Below the pieces are notes generated by a model. That model did not search any database and was not told the DNA's origin. It saw only the letters and a list, made by a program, of their open reading frames with translations. A DNA stretch of 64,000 bases, from contig NC_134473.1 in the NCBI RefSeq assembly GCF_964194025.1, positions 58,900,001 through 58,964,000 of the forward strand, given 5' to 3'. Position numbers and translations under genes: made by a program. The stretch comes from Convolutriloba macropyga (taxonomy: Eukaryota). This document shows, piece by piece, positions 14,101 through 27,730 of the stretch. The stretch's first letter is position 1. Each line of letters begins with the position of its first letter.

Positions 14101-17100
14101 GTTCATTTTGCCTCGTTTGTTCTTAAATGCGTTTCATCATTAATAAAATTTTGATATGAAAAGTGATTTTGTTTTGATTGACTTCAAGAAAAACAAAAAG
14201 TGTTTTAAACAATTTTAAAATATCAGCTCCCAAATATAATACGAATATTTTTCATTGTGAACTTCCAAAAGAAAATAACAACTAGTTTTTTATGGTTGCT
14301 TGTCTTTAAGGAAAACCAAATTTATTCATATTTTATCGTAAAAAACAAGTTTTATTTAACTTTTTGATACAAAGTTCTGAATTTGGTCAAAAAGGACGCT
14401 AAATGTGAATAAAATTACACCCAAAAGTGAATTATACACTAAAATTTAAAGCTTGATAACTCCTCGAAAGAAAAGAGAGTTTAAAATCCTTTTTTTAACT
14501 TCTATGCTGGAAGACATTTTTAATGATATACCTCTCGAATTTTAACGATGATTATATGGATCGACCAGAATTGACAGAATAAAAACGACAATTTGAGTAT
14601 CTAGTTCCTCCTCCACTATGTGGGTCGGATCAAGAAACGTTAAATACTTGAAATGCTAAATGTCCAAAGATTGATGAAGTTATCCGACCATACTAATTTT
14701 CTATTCATTTTTAGGCCTAAGAGTTCTGATTATAATGGGAGCCAACAAATTTTTAGAACTGAGATATTTCCAATAAGTAAATTACAAAGGCCAGTTAAAG
14801 TTTTTGAATGAATAGAGTCAAGGTCTTAGCAACCATTAAGTATGCATTCGATGCAACAGATAGGTTACTTTAATTCTTTTTGGGAGACCAATTGCAATTT
14901 CTGTCAACAAGATTAAGCCATAGGACTACAAAAAGACAAGAAATTGGATAAAAAACAAACCTTCAACAATCAAAAATAAGGAAAACAATTTTTTGAAGCC
15001 TGAAAAATCATGAGCGATGATTTCTTGAAAAAAAATTATTGTTCATTTGATCACGTTTTATCTCTGTTCTTTTATCTCTGTTCATTTTAAACAATAAGTG
15101 CAAGAAACTGTCAAAGCTTTGAATCCATTAAACGATATTCTGATGAATTTTTTTTGTTCACCTAAAACCGTTTTCATTGCCTGTGGGAATTTTCATTATT
15201 ATAACGATAAAAAAATTCAATAAGAGAACCAAACTTTTAAAGAATTTTGAAATTTTAAAGCGACAAAGTCATAAATCAATCATTAAACCACATAAGATAA
15301 AAAACCACTGTCCATAATGGTTTTCTATTGTTTTTTAGGCCTATTTGGTCCGATTAAAATGTGAGCCCACAATTTTAAAGAACTGAGGTATTTTGAAAAA
15401 GTAATTCACAAAGAGCAGGAAGGGTTTTTTGAAAAAAAAGAATCGAAGTCTTAACAACAACCATTAAGTATGCAGTCAACGCAATAAATAAATTACTTTA
15501 ATCTTCTTTGGGACAACAATTGCATTTTCTGTCAACAAGATTAAGCTATAGGACTACAAAAAAGCAACAATTTTGGGTAAATAACAAATTTCATTAAAGT
15601 TAAAAAAACATTTTTGAAGCCGTAAAAATCATGAGCGATAATTCCCTGAAACAAATTTATTGTTCATTTTGCCTCGTTTGTTCTGAAATGCGTTTCATCA
15701 TTAATGAAATTTTGATATGAAAAATGATTTTGTTTTGAATGACTTCAGGAAAACCAAAAAGTGTTTTAAACAATTTTCAAAACTCAGCTCCCAAATATAA
15801 TACGAATATTTTTCATTGTGAAATTCCAAAAGAAAATAACAACTAGTTTTTTATGGTTGCTTGTCTTTAAGGAAAATCAAATTTATTCATATTTTATCGT
15901 AAAAAACAAGTTTTATTTAACTTTTTGATACAAAGTTCTAAAATTGGTCAAAAAGGACGATAAATGTGAATAAAATTACACCCAAAAGTGAATTATACAC
16001 TAAAATTTAAAGCTTGATAACTCCTCGAAAGAAAAGAGAGTTAAAAACCTTTTTTTAACTTCTATGCTGGAAGACATTTTTAAAGATATAACTCTCGAAT
16101 TTTAACGATGATTATATGGATCGACCAGAATTGACAGAAGAAAACAGACAATTTGAGTATGTAGTTCCTCCTCCACTATGTGGGTCGGATCAAGAAACGT
16201 TAAATACTTGAAATGCCAAATGTCCAAAGATTGATGGAGTTATTCGACCATACTAATTTTCTATTCATTTTTAGGCCTAACAGTTCTGATTATAATGGGA
16301 GCCAACAATTTTTTAGAACTGAGATATTTCCAATAAGTAAATTACAAAGGCCAGTTAAATTTTTTTGAATGAATAGATTCAAAGTATTAGCAACCATTAA
16401 GTATGCATTCAATGCAACAGATAGGTTATTTTATTCCTCTTTGGGAGACCAATTGCATTTTTTGTCAACAAGATTAAGCCATAGGACTACAAAAAGACAA
16501 CAAATTGGGAAAAAACAAACGTTCAACAAACAAACATTAGGAAAACACTTTTTTGAAGCCGTACAAACCATGAGCGATGATTTCTTGAAAAAAATTATTG
16601 TTCATTTAATCTCGTTCTATCTCTGTTCATATATCTCTGTTCATTTTAAACAAAAAGTGCAAGAAACTGTCAAGGCTTTGAATCCATAAACAGCTATTGG
16701 CTGATAAATTTTTTGTGGTCACCTAAAACGTTTTTCATTGCCAATGGGAACTTTCATTATTATAACGTGAAAGAAAATCAATAAGAGAACCAAACTTTTG
16801 AAGAATTATGAAAATTCAAAACGATAAAGTCATAAACCAATCATAAAACAATAAGGGATAAAACCGCTGACCTGGCTGTTTTTCTAATGTCTTTAGGCCT
16901 ATTTGGTCCGATTAAAATGTGAGCCCACAATTTTAAAGAACTGAGGTATTTTGAAAAAGTAATTCACAAAGAGCAGGAAGGGTTTTTTTGAAAAAAAAAA
17001 AGATTCGAAGTCTTAACAACAACCATTAAGTATGCAGTCAACGCAATAAATAAATTACTTTAATCTTCTTTGGGACAACAATTGCATTTTCTGTCAGCAA

Positions 17101-17950
17101 GATTAAGCTATAGGACTACAAAAAGCAACAAATGTGGGTAAAAAACAAAACTCATTATAAAATAGGAAAACAATTTTTTTGAAGCAGTAAAAATCATGAG
17201 CTATGATTCCCTGAAACAAACTTATTGTTCATTGTGCCTCGTTTGATTCTAAATGAGTTTCATCATTAATGAATATTTGATGTGAAAAGAGATTTTGTTT
17301 TGATTGACTTCAAGAAAACCAAAAAAATTTTTAAAAAATTTTTTTCAAAAATCAGCTCCTCAAAAAAATTCGAATCTTTTACCTTGTGAACATCCGAATG
17401 AAACCACAACTAGTTTTTTTATGGCTGCTTTTCTTGTAGGAACACCAAATTAATCCATATTTTATCGTAAAAAACAAATTTTATTTAACTTTTGATACAA
17501 AGTTCTAAATTTGATCAAAAAGGACGCTAAAGGTGAATAAAGTTACACCCAAATGTGAAATATAAACCAAATATTAAAGGTTGCTAAATCCTCGAAAAAA
17601 AAGAGAATTAAAAAAATCTTTTTATTTTTAAATTCTATGCTGGAAGAGCTTTCTAATGATATACCTCTCGATTTTTTACGACGATTACATGAATCGGCCA
17701 GATTTGACTGAAGAAAAAAGACCATTTGAGTATGTAGTTCCTCCCCCACTATGTGGGTTGGATCAACAAACGTTAAATACTTGAAATGCCAATTGTCCAT
17801 CGATTGATGAAGCTATTCCATGGAGAGTCCAAATGAGAGATGAACAAAAGTTCCTGCGCAGTGAAATAATATTTTTTGTATGGAGCCAGGATGGAAGCAT
17901 AGTACCTCACACATATTTTTTTTTACAAAATTCCTAATCCTTGGAACAAT
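2200..17950 (+). repeat. Complex higher-order tandem array (~1.0-2.0 kb units, mostly ~1.57 kb) built from a ~600-bp subrepeat plus a ~560-bp module ending in a Helitron-like hairpin
   Basis: Motif GTAGTTCCTCC(C/A)CCACTATGTGGGTCGGATCAA (some copies with substitutions) recurs at about 5545, 7125, 8701, 10018, 11046, 13017, 14601, 16161 and 17734. Identical spurious ORFs at 6001 and 7580 give a period of 1579. Confidence 0.93.
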
Positions 17951-18989
17951 TATCCTTATCCATATGGTGGACTATGTCAGTCAAAACACGCTGCTGAACG
18001 TGAAACATTTTTGTTATTAAATCGAAAAATCAAGAGACGCTGTACTATATATCAGATAAAGAGTACTGAAAAAATTTGAAAAACCGCCTTAAAGTTTTGG
18101 ATTTTAATAATTATCTTTCAACTCGATTTGGCTGAATATTTTCCTCAACAATGCCGTTTGCTCTCCTATGATCTTTTCCGATGAACAGATCTCGGTGCAT
18201 AAATTTTCGTCTCAATTTTCCTGCAAATATTTCAAACATGATGTTCCCCGGTTCACGGAAGGAGTAGAATAATATTTCATTAAGCAGAAAGCTGAGAACA
18301 ATTTGCCCTACCTTTGGCTATAAAAAAGAAAAGTCAAAAATGAATTATCCGATTTTTTAAAAATCTTAAGTGATACCATATAGTTTGACTCTTATGGCCA
18401 GACCTAAAAATTTTTAAGCTTTAGCTATAGTCATGAAAATTACATGTTTGATTCAAGAATAATTTCTTTTTTTTTTGCTTTACTCTTCGCAAGTTGCTGA
18501 GTTGTGATAGAGGTTGTGACAGTTAAGAGTCCTTTTATTAAAAAAGATACAAAAGTGCTTCCTAATTTTATTGAGGGAATAACATCTGTCTGAACGCGAG
18601 ATTAATCGGACATAATGCTTCTTTAAACTGAAAAACATTTCCAACTGCATATGGACAATATCAATCTAAACTCTCGGGCTAATAGTGGTACATAAATTTG
18701 TCATTCATAATCCTTCTGTCAGAATAGGTTGTATTAGAAGTTAAAACTACTGAAGAGTGATTGAAGATTACAAATAATTCGGCTTAAGACAGGCGGCAGT
18801 ATGCATATCAACAATAAGCCGAACGAATTAATTGAACCTCGACTGAAAGCGAAAAAAAGTGTTTACGATATAACCAATGAACTCATTTGCTGGAAAAAAC
18901 AATAAGAAGGACATTCTAAGAGCTAGTTATTCATAAATTCAGAAATACTCTCATATCTATTTCTAGAAGTACGGCTGATACTAATATAT

Positions 18990-19580
18990 TTTAGGAGCAC
19001 AAATAAAAGGACGCATTACAAGCGTCTAACCGTACCGAAAAAAATCTGCTTCGCAAGAATGTGGCTTGGTTTTCAAGGGCCAACTTCCGTTCAATGCGGA
19101 AACCGCTGAAATTTTGTGAAGGGGGCTTTCTCAAAGTAATTGAGAGCCTTAAAAGGAAAAATGCGATCAAATAAATGTGAAAAGTACTTATTTTTGGCAG
19201 TAAGGGCATTTCACAATTATTAATCCTTTTAATCCTTTTGTCGCTCAATTTTACGATTTAATGTTTTAAGATTACTAAAATGAGGGAATATACTGTAATA
19301 AAACTGCCGTAAAATTCTTTGCTTAACGCGCTTCCGTCAAACGTATTTTGCGGTGGAAAGCAAATTTTCACTATTCAACTTCCAGTTTAAAAGTGAAAAC
19401 ACCGAATGGAATTTCCGCTTTTTCGTCCGCAAAGTTCAAAAATTTGTTTCTCACGCACAATACATTAACATAGGAAACGTAAAATCTGGTAATAAAAACG
19501 AGTGGACTTACTCCAAAATTCGGTACGGGTAGACGCCCGTAATGTCGCTGAAATTTCCATCCCAGTTATTGCTCTCTGAA
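18990..19580. mobile_element. Probable degenerate MITE-like element with ~30-bp imperfect inverted repeats
   Basis: GACGCATTACAAGCGTCTAACCGTACCGAA (~19010-19039) is an imperfect reverse complement of TTCGGTACGGGTAGACGCCCGTAATGTCGC (~19519-19548); no coding capacity between them. Confidence 0.5.
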
Positions 19581-19986
19581 GTTTTATCCTGTCGTTATAT
19601 GGTATGCAATCTAAAATTCAATGAAAATCACGAAAATTGATTAAAACAAGCGGATCGAAGAAATAATGGGACGTGGAAACCAGCAGAATATTTAGACGTA
19701 AATAGTAATAATCGTGACACTTATACCTACGGTGCTATTATCTTGAAGTGATGCCATTAAAATCAAACGAGTAAATTTGAGAATAATGGACGAAAGTTGC
19801 AAGATATTACAACAGCATTTTACTCTCTAAGTTCTCGAAACAAGGTGAAAAAATAAAAAAGCCCTAAATTCTTACACAAACAAAACATTATATTGCTGGG
19901 CTAGAGTTGCTAAAACTTTGTCGGAAAGAAGCATAACTTTTTGAGAGCCAAGGGTACGGTTTAATCGTTCCATAAAAACTAGAGGC

Positions 19987-20049
19987 AGAGAACTTAGTAT
20001 GATAGGTTGAACTTAGACTCTAAGTTCAACCTATCATACTAAGTTCTCT
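19987..20049. repeat. Perfect palindrome, 31-bp arms with 1-nt spacer
   Basis: AGAGAACTTAGTATGATAGGTTGAACTTAGA-C-TCTAAGTTCAACCTATCATACTAAGTTCTCT. Confidence 0.95.
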
Positions 20050-23000
20050 TAAAAAAGTAACTCTATCTTTTTTCAAAAGTTAGTGTCCTAATTTAGGGCA
20101 AAATTGACTGAGTTAGAAATTTAAGTTTTGACACTTGAATCAAACCACTATGCATAATCGGCTGCTACGCTATCGGAGATGGAGAAGTATTGTTTATTTA
20201 AACTCCTCTATATATTTTTAAAAAGAGAACTTTTCTTTCACTTATCTACAAAATGGTACTGTTAACTAAAATTTTAAATGAATTTCAACATTTTCGCGCC
20301 CTTTAGTTCTCTAAATACGTTAGAACAAAATTATGTCCCTCGAGCAACTAAGATTTTGTTCTAACATATACATGGAAAACGTATGCACCGAGGAGATCTT
20401 TCAGGTAAACCCAGCGTAATCCAAAGTGCCTCGACACCAACGAGTACAGCAGCTGAAGAGCCCAGGGTGAGTTCAAAATGGGACACAGAATGGACACACA
20501 CAGCAACGAAAAAGTATCAGCAATCAAACCAAGAGAAGCGAATTTTTTGGTTTAAGGTGAGATTGCAAACAACTACTTTTCTTTTGTACAATGTGCCCAA
20601 ATTGAGCTCAATCATCCAATATCGACACTGGCAAGTGTCGATATTTAATTCTAAAAATTTAATATATAAAAATATAAAAAATTTAACAAATATGATTGGT
20701 TGAGGACTTGAACACTGTGATGCGCATACAATCAACCTATATTCAACATAAAGACCCAGATTTTATTTTCTATCACATTTGGCCTAGCCTCACAATCGAA
20801 TATAGGCTAGGTTTAACGATATATTAATAAAGTTATCTTTATTCAGACCTCACATTTGTGGGGGATGACCTAAATGCTGAACTAGTTTTTCTTGTTCAGT
20901 CAGTTTAGCAGGTCAATTCTAGAATTTTATTGACAAAGGCGTTATCAAGGTTTAAACTAATGCTAACATTCGAATGATTTCCGGCGTTATTGTTCACATT
21001 TATCTAATTTTTGCTCACAATTCCTCAAACCATTCGAAAATATGTTAAAGTTGTTTAAAGTAGTGTTATTGGTTTTACCTTCAAAAAGTCAGAGTCGCTG
21101 AACTATCTGATCCGTTTTTTTCTAATTCAGTATTTTCATCAAAAATATCAGCACAGAAGCTCTTTTAGCCAATTTTGTTAGATTATCTGGCGTAGAGACC
21201 TAAAAACTGGCGAAACATTTTTTGTAAACGAGGAATAATTATACTTCCATTTTCTATGAGAGTTTTCTGGAATTAAAGTCGACCATTTTCCCTAACTTAA
21301 CTTAATAATGATCCAAAATGCATCATTTATTCCTGAATTATTGGAGATTTTTTATCCAAAAAAATGCTAATAATTAGAATTGTTACGTGTATTTTTGGAC
21401 TTTTAGCAATAGAAAGGCTATTTTTGGTCTCATGATTATTATTACAATCAAAAGTTATTCTGACTGTACTGGTGCGCTTTCCATTTCAAGTTAATCTCGA
21501 TTTTTGTCATTTTTATGTTAATTGCAAAGGAGAATGATTTCAAATATCAACTTAATTATTTATATTCTTTATGGGAAACTGAGGCAAGTGGCAGAAATTT
21601 TACGTTTTCAAAGAAAAAGTTCTGATTTTTATCGCTTCGACAAATTGTTTTTGTAAATTTAAATTGAATTCTATTGTTTTGCCTGAAAATGTTGTCCTTC
21701 TTGCAGGCTTCTCACTTGATCTCGCTAATCAATGATTCTGTTGGTTTCCTATTATTCAATACTTACAAACATATTCAATACTTTCATTTAATAGCTAATG
21801 GCTCTTATTACCTTGTTTTATTTGCTTTTCGAAGTTATCAGTGAGTTTTTTTTACTTTGCCAGGTTTTTTGAATTTCATTTCTCGCATTTTGTAGATTAG
21901 TATCAGAAAAGACAAGCCAAAATTTTTTTTCTAGTCTATCAAAAAAGTCTTTATAGCTGTTTTATGGCAAAGGTCAAGGTTTTAGGGCTTTGATACTACG
22001 AATTTTCATACAGTTTTTTTAAGTTGCCTTTTGTCAATTTTGATACCTTGTCACATTATCACAAAAAGACAGGTCCAAGTCAATTGTCGTTGGAAAAAGT
22101 ACAATTTTGACACCGTACGAAAAGTACAATTCGACGCCGTTTTCTCGCAAAATTTAGTTCATTTTTTTTTATTTTTCCTTCCATTTGTTGCCTCTTCATA
22201 ACAACAAGTCCCAATGGCCTCTTACGGAGGTAAATATGGGCTTCTTCAACGATTTCAGTTTATAGCTAATGGTTTTTTTTCTACATGGAATATGATTTTT
22301 TTAAAATATAAAAGTACTTTAACTTTGTTTTTCTTGTTATTCTTTTTGTGAAATTATTTTTCATTTTCATTATTGATAGATGTCATCAACTTTTTGTTGA
22401 ACTAAACACTATTCTCTTTCACTATTTTGCATTTTTCATCTTTCGTCTGATGATACTATGGCTTCGGCAGAATGTGTTTTTATCGAAAAGTTGTAGGTAC
22501 GCATGACAGGATCAATTGTCTTACGAGGGAGTAAAATTTCGTCTATCTAGTTTCTTTTCAAAATTTCAAGTTTGTCACGACTTTTAACAGTACTTGGTTG
22601 CAAATCTCGTTAGTTCACTCCAAAGATAAATTTGTTCGGGTGATTATTTAAATTGGAACAATGTAAAAAACCTTTGATCAAAATTCACTCTATTTTTAGA
22701 GTTTTACTGAAGTTGACCATTTAAAGCAAATTAAGCCTTTTTTGCAAATAGTTTTTGTTAAATGACTAATTGGAGCTGACAAGCTTTATTTAGCAAGATT
22801 AAGCACTTTGAAAAGCGTACAAACGATAAAACAATTTTTAAAAAAATTCTGACAAACAGCGGCTTTAATTCGACTTGTTTTTAGAAGGAAAAACATCACA
22901 TCCGCTATAAAAATTTTCAATTTTTGTCTTGCTTTTGAGGCTGTACAAACTGAAATTAAAAAATCTTGCCTTTTTTTTTCAAAACTGATTAGTGTCCCTG

Positions 23001-23299
23001 CAGTTTTGTTGTGATTTCCTCAAACAATCGAGATACTTAGCTTAGATAAATTTGTTGTTTTTGTATAATATATCTGCAAAAGTTCGAATATATATGAATC
23101 TGAGTGTATCTGAGACTTAATTTTTGGTAGGTTTTTTGCTTTCCCCATATATTCTACGAACAGCAGAAACGCTCAACATTTTGCTTGATTGATATAATTC
23201 TTCTTAATTGATAAACGGAATGTTTAATTTGGAAAAAAAATTTTGAAATCAATATGAAAAAGTTTATAACCACTGTGCAAACAACATATATGCCGTAAA

Positions 23300-24241
23300 C
23301 GGTGACCGAATAATAGATCAAAAAGGTTGACCGGACAATAGCTCAAATGGACAATCGAAAACAGAAAAATGGGGCAAAAGGCCAAAAAAACCTTTATACT
23401 CATTGGCTGACATTAGGCTCTTTTTCCGAGCTGGCATAGAATTAACGCATCTGGTCATGCTTGACGGGTCATGGTCATGCATTAGCAGCACGTGGGACTT
23501 AATATGAGTCTATGACAACCGAAAAAAATTCAAATCAGAGCATGTTGTACAATGTGTAAAAACTGAGCACTTAAATCTTTGAGTTTTTATGTTTGCGATC
23601 TAAGGTCTCACTTTTAGCTTTCGATCTATTGCATTTCGATATATTGCCCTATTACAGAAACGTTGGTCAATAGATTGAAAATTAATCTCTATTCTCGTTG
23701 GCTGAAATTCATTACATGACTCGTTGGGTGACAAATCATTACCTTATCTTGCCATGCCTTAGCGGCCCGTGGGACTTGATATGAATCTAACACAACCGAT
23801 CAAAACATCACGATAGAACATGCTATGAGCTGTATAAAAATGGAGGGCTGAAATCTGACTGGCCAATACGCAAATTGAGTTATCATATATTGCCAATTTT
23901 TGCTTTCAATCTATTGCCTTTCGATCTATTGTCCCAGCACCATAGATCAAAAACTGAAAAATTGAGAAAATATATCAAAAAGTTTTCTCTATTCTCATTG
24001 GTTCAAGTTCAACGTTATTTCCGAACTGGTATAACAATACCGTATCTTCCCATGCCTTAGGGGCTTGATATGAATCTATCACAATCGGAAAAAGATCAGG
24101 ACCGATAATTTTATGTGCTGCATCAAAAGTGAGCGCTTAAATCTGATAGGTCAAAGCGCAAATTGAAAATTTTTTTTTTCGATCGATTACCTCATTTTTC
24201 GCTTTCGATCTGTTGTCCTACGATCAACTGTCCTGGCACCG
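23300..24241. mobile_element. MITE-like element with CGGTG.. termini and internal ~270-bp subrepeats
   Basis: Left end CGGTGACCGAATAATAGATC versus reverse complement of right end CGGTGCCAGGACAGTTGATCG; repeated TTTCGATCTATTG(C/T)C motifs; three internal G(A/G)CTT(G/A)ATATGA..CTA..ACAA.CG units at about 23495, 23770 and 24062. Confidence 0.6.
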
Positions 24242-27200
24242 CCATAAACCCTCATAAATTTGCTCAAAAATTTTTTTACTTGTCATTAAGAACACAAACT
24301 CATTGCCATCCCTTTGAAATATTCCAGTGAACTGATTCATTAGTAAAACAAAATTACTGAAAATTGTTATTTACTTAAAACAATTAAAATTGCTGCCAAA
24401 TGTTTTGTCATATAGGACACCAATTTTTTACATAGGCTTACAGAAAACAAAAAAAATCATATTTTATACGCTTATGTTTAATTTTTGTTCTGTTTTTCTG
24501 ATTTAATTTTCTTTTTTAAATTTTGTTTTAATTTCTTTAAATAAGTTTTTCTAACTCTGACAATCACAAACTCACGCCCAGTCTATAAATATTATATTGT
24601 GCAGCCTGAAGTAGTGTTGCTTCATTTGTCCGTCTAATTTTTTCAAGATTTGTTTAGGCTAAGGCTCAACTTAGCTGCTATGAGTTTTGTGAATTGTATA
24701 CAAACCTCATTCAAAATTTTGTTAGAATACCAATGTTTTGTAATATATGGCGCCATGCAAACTCAAATACCCCCTGATATAATTAAGTTAACTTTCTTTC
24801 ATTTAAAGTTAAATTAATGAGGATGGTTGCAAAAAATGACGTCTCAATTTTAAAATAGCTTTCTGAAAATAAGAGGAAATGTTTTTAAAAAATTGAAATT
24901 AATTAGTTGATCACTTTCAAGGTCAAAATTCTGCATCAGTTTTTAATATACTTTGCATACTCTGATTCAAGTTTCCACCTTTTGTTCAGTCAAATGACCA
25001 CCTTGCCCCCCGGTTCTCAATCAAGCTACCGAAATAGGAGCATAATGATATCATAATGTAACAAAGGTTTTGTCTTCAACTTTGAAGGTTCATAAATTGC
25101 ATATAGTGAATCTGATATTATGCTGGTAGGATTGCAAAATAGATTTTTGTATTGACCCAGTTCAAGGTTATATCATATAGTTTATCCAATTCCGATGACA
25201 CTATCGTCTAATTATGGGAGGAGTTTCCCCATGGCCGTGATACATTTAAACCTAAAGTAGTCGAAATGTATGTTTTTCCCAATGCCAACCAGTGGAGGTG
25301 CAAAAAATTTGATTTGATCCAAATTCAGTTTTAGAAGTTTTAGGTCTTTTCTTACATAGAACAAAAGCATTTAGGTGCTTTTGAAGGAAATTTTTTCTTT
25401 TGCCAAAAACAATACAAAAAGCACGTATTGGAGAAATATCTCTAATTTCAACTAAGATCATTTAAACCCTCGATAAATTTGGCTTTATATACTATGCCAC
25501 CAAAAAGCTACGTTCAGTGCGATTTTGGCTCCTTAAGTGCTACTTTTGCTGATAACGTTTAACTTACCCCAAGGCATGAGCAAATGCGTGAAATCTTGAA
25601 GTTTCAATTGCAATTTCATTATCATTCTCTCTGCGTAAACAGAAAAGATGGCTAACTTTCTTTGTATATTTATTGTTTGCCACGCTTTTGCGATTCGAAA
25701 TGTCCATTTTCATGGACAAAAATAAAAGCAACTCAGCTTAAATTCAAAATCTATTTAAAAGATGCTTGCAAATGATACCAAAAATGTATAGGCTCGCGGC
25801 GTCTTTGGCGAAGGAATATTGCGTGCTCCTTGAAATTTTATGGCAAACCGCAAAAGAGTTTGGACCAAGCGAGCACTTATGTTTTGTTGTAGAAGAAAAA
25901 AGATGGTTGAAAACTGTTTGTGAGATATTTAAACAAGTTAAAGGTTCTAGTATATTTGAACAATTGCATTTTCCTGACCTTATTTCTCAGCAATGTGGTT
26001 TTTCTGTGAATGAACCAGAGATTATCCGCAATTTCTTCAATGAACAAGGGTGTGGTTATCGGGGCGGTCATCAAATAGTCCGAATCTGAATCCAATTGAA
26101 AATTTATTGAAAATTTTGAAGCAAAAATCACAAAAACAGACATTTCTTCGGGAACTTTTGTAAGACAAATTGTCGGTAAATTGACTCAGATGCTGTTGGA
26201 AACGTGTGCAAATTTCGTACAAACCATGTAGGTGATGTTTAAAAAGTTAACAACGTAAACGTATTTACTTGTTACTTGAGAACTAATTTGAAATGAAAAT
26301 GTTGGATTATTTGATGTATGTGGCGCTTTTTAAAAATTTGTTTTATGTATATAGCTTTTTGTTACCATAGTGTATTATGGTATGTATAATCACTCAACAC
26401 AAAAATCACTCGTTTCATAATTTCAACGCATGCGTCAAAGTTTTTTTTGCTGAACTTTCTCCAAGTTTTTTTCCCCAAGTTTCTAAGATTTTTGGCAAAA
26501 TAATTTCCTGTTCTCTGCAAAAACAAAAACAAAAAAATGATGCCGACTGTATCCTGGCTTCATTTTTCGCTATTCGCAGCGTAGTATTTTATATCGTGTC
26601 AAAATTGAAATTCCGCGGCTTGCCAGAAGTGCAAAAAGAAGATGTTTTAATCATTATGGCTCAGAGTAGAAGCAATTGTCATTAAGCTGCAAATGTTTAT
26701 ACCGCATTGATAACTTAATGAGGAATGGAATTGCTCCGTGGGCCAATATAATGCGACGCACTGACAGCCTTTTTCAGAGTATAGATGTTGGCTTGTACCC
26801 AGATAGATCAAACGCTAACACCGCTGTCGTTCATTGGTTGTTTTCGCAAACTAGATAGTATTGTTAACAAAATTGAGCAACTTAAGCGTGTCAAAGGGAT
26901 CCCACTTTTGCAGCCTTCTATTTACAGAAAAGGTTGAACAAGGCTAAAATGTTACTGGAAAGATCCGGAATTAAATGAGGGTCCACATCAAGCTTCAGGG
27001 AGTGTATATATTTGCTTTGGTACACCGGAAAATTTCAATTATCCATCAGAAGGTTCGAACAGAATCTTTTCTGCTTTTGACTCTCTGAGATGGATTGTTT
27101 TTATTCTAAGAAATCTTAGTTTAATCAAAGAAATTTAAGAAACAGTTTTGGCAATGAAAACATTTGCCATGCTAAACTGGAGCTTAATTCAAGTCATTAA

Positions 27201-27477
27201 GACAGCTTCGTTTATTGGAATAGCACTTTTGGTTTTGAAAAACTCAATATTTCAACAAACTGGTTGCAGAAATGAACCACTCAGATATTTCAAAAACTAA
27301 TTAAACGTAAGGTTCGATAAACTTTAATTAATTTGATACTAGCAATAATCCTAAACTGGGAAAAATCAAAAGGGAAGAAGCACTTCTGTTATTGCTGCCA
27401 TTGCATTAATCAAAAAATTGATCCTCAGGTGCACTTATCCCAGCTCATGACACACACCTCTTGTCAAACAAATGTCA

Positions 27478-27730
27478 GCTGGACATAAGGTCTTTTGAAC
27501 GCACGATAGTCTGGACATGAACGCACAAACTATCAATTTTGGAGCGCACGAATTTTCCTTTGGAACGCACGAAAGTCTGGACATGAGACCTTTTGAACGC
27601 ACGATGAACGCACGAAAAATTTTGAACGCACGATAGTCTGGACATAGACACTTTTCGTCTGGGAGGGTCTGGACATAGGCACTTTCCGTCTGGGGCGGTC
27701 TGGACATATGGACTTTCGGTCTGGCACCTC
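27478..27730. repeat. GC-richer minisatellite of GTCTGGACAT and GAACGCACGA units (probable MITE arm)
   Basis: About six copies of each short motif, ending in CTGGCACCTC; explains the three overlapping repetitive ORFs at 27435-27790. Confidence 0.75.

Noticed and set aside
6001-17800. Repeated short ORFs in the array (MFIRSRFF..., MDIWHFKY...)
   Set aside because: They recur only because the DNA is repeated; frames are broken by indels in other units.
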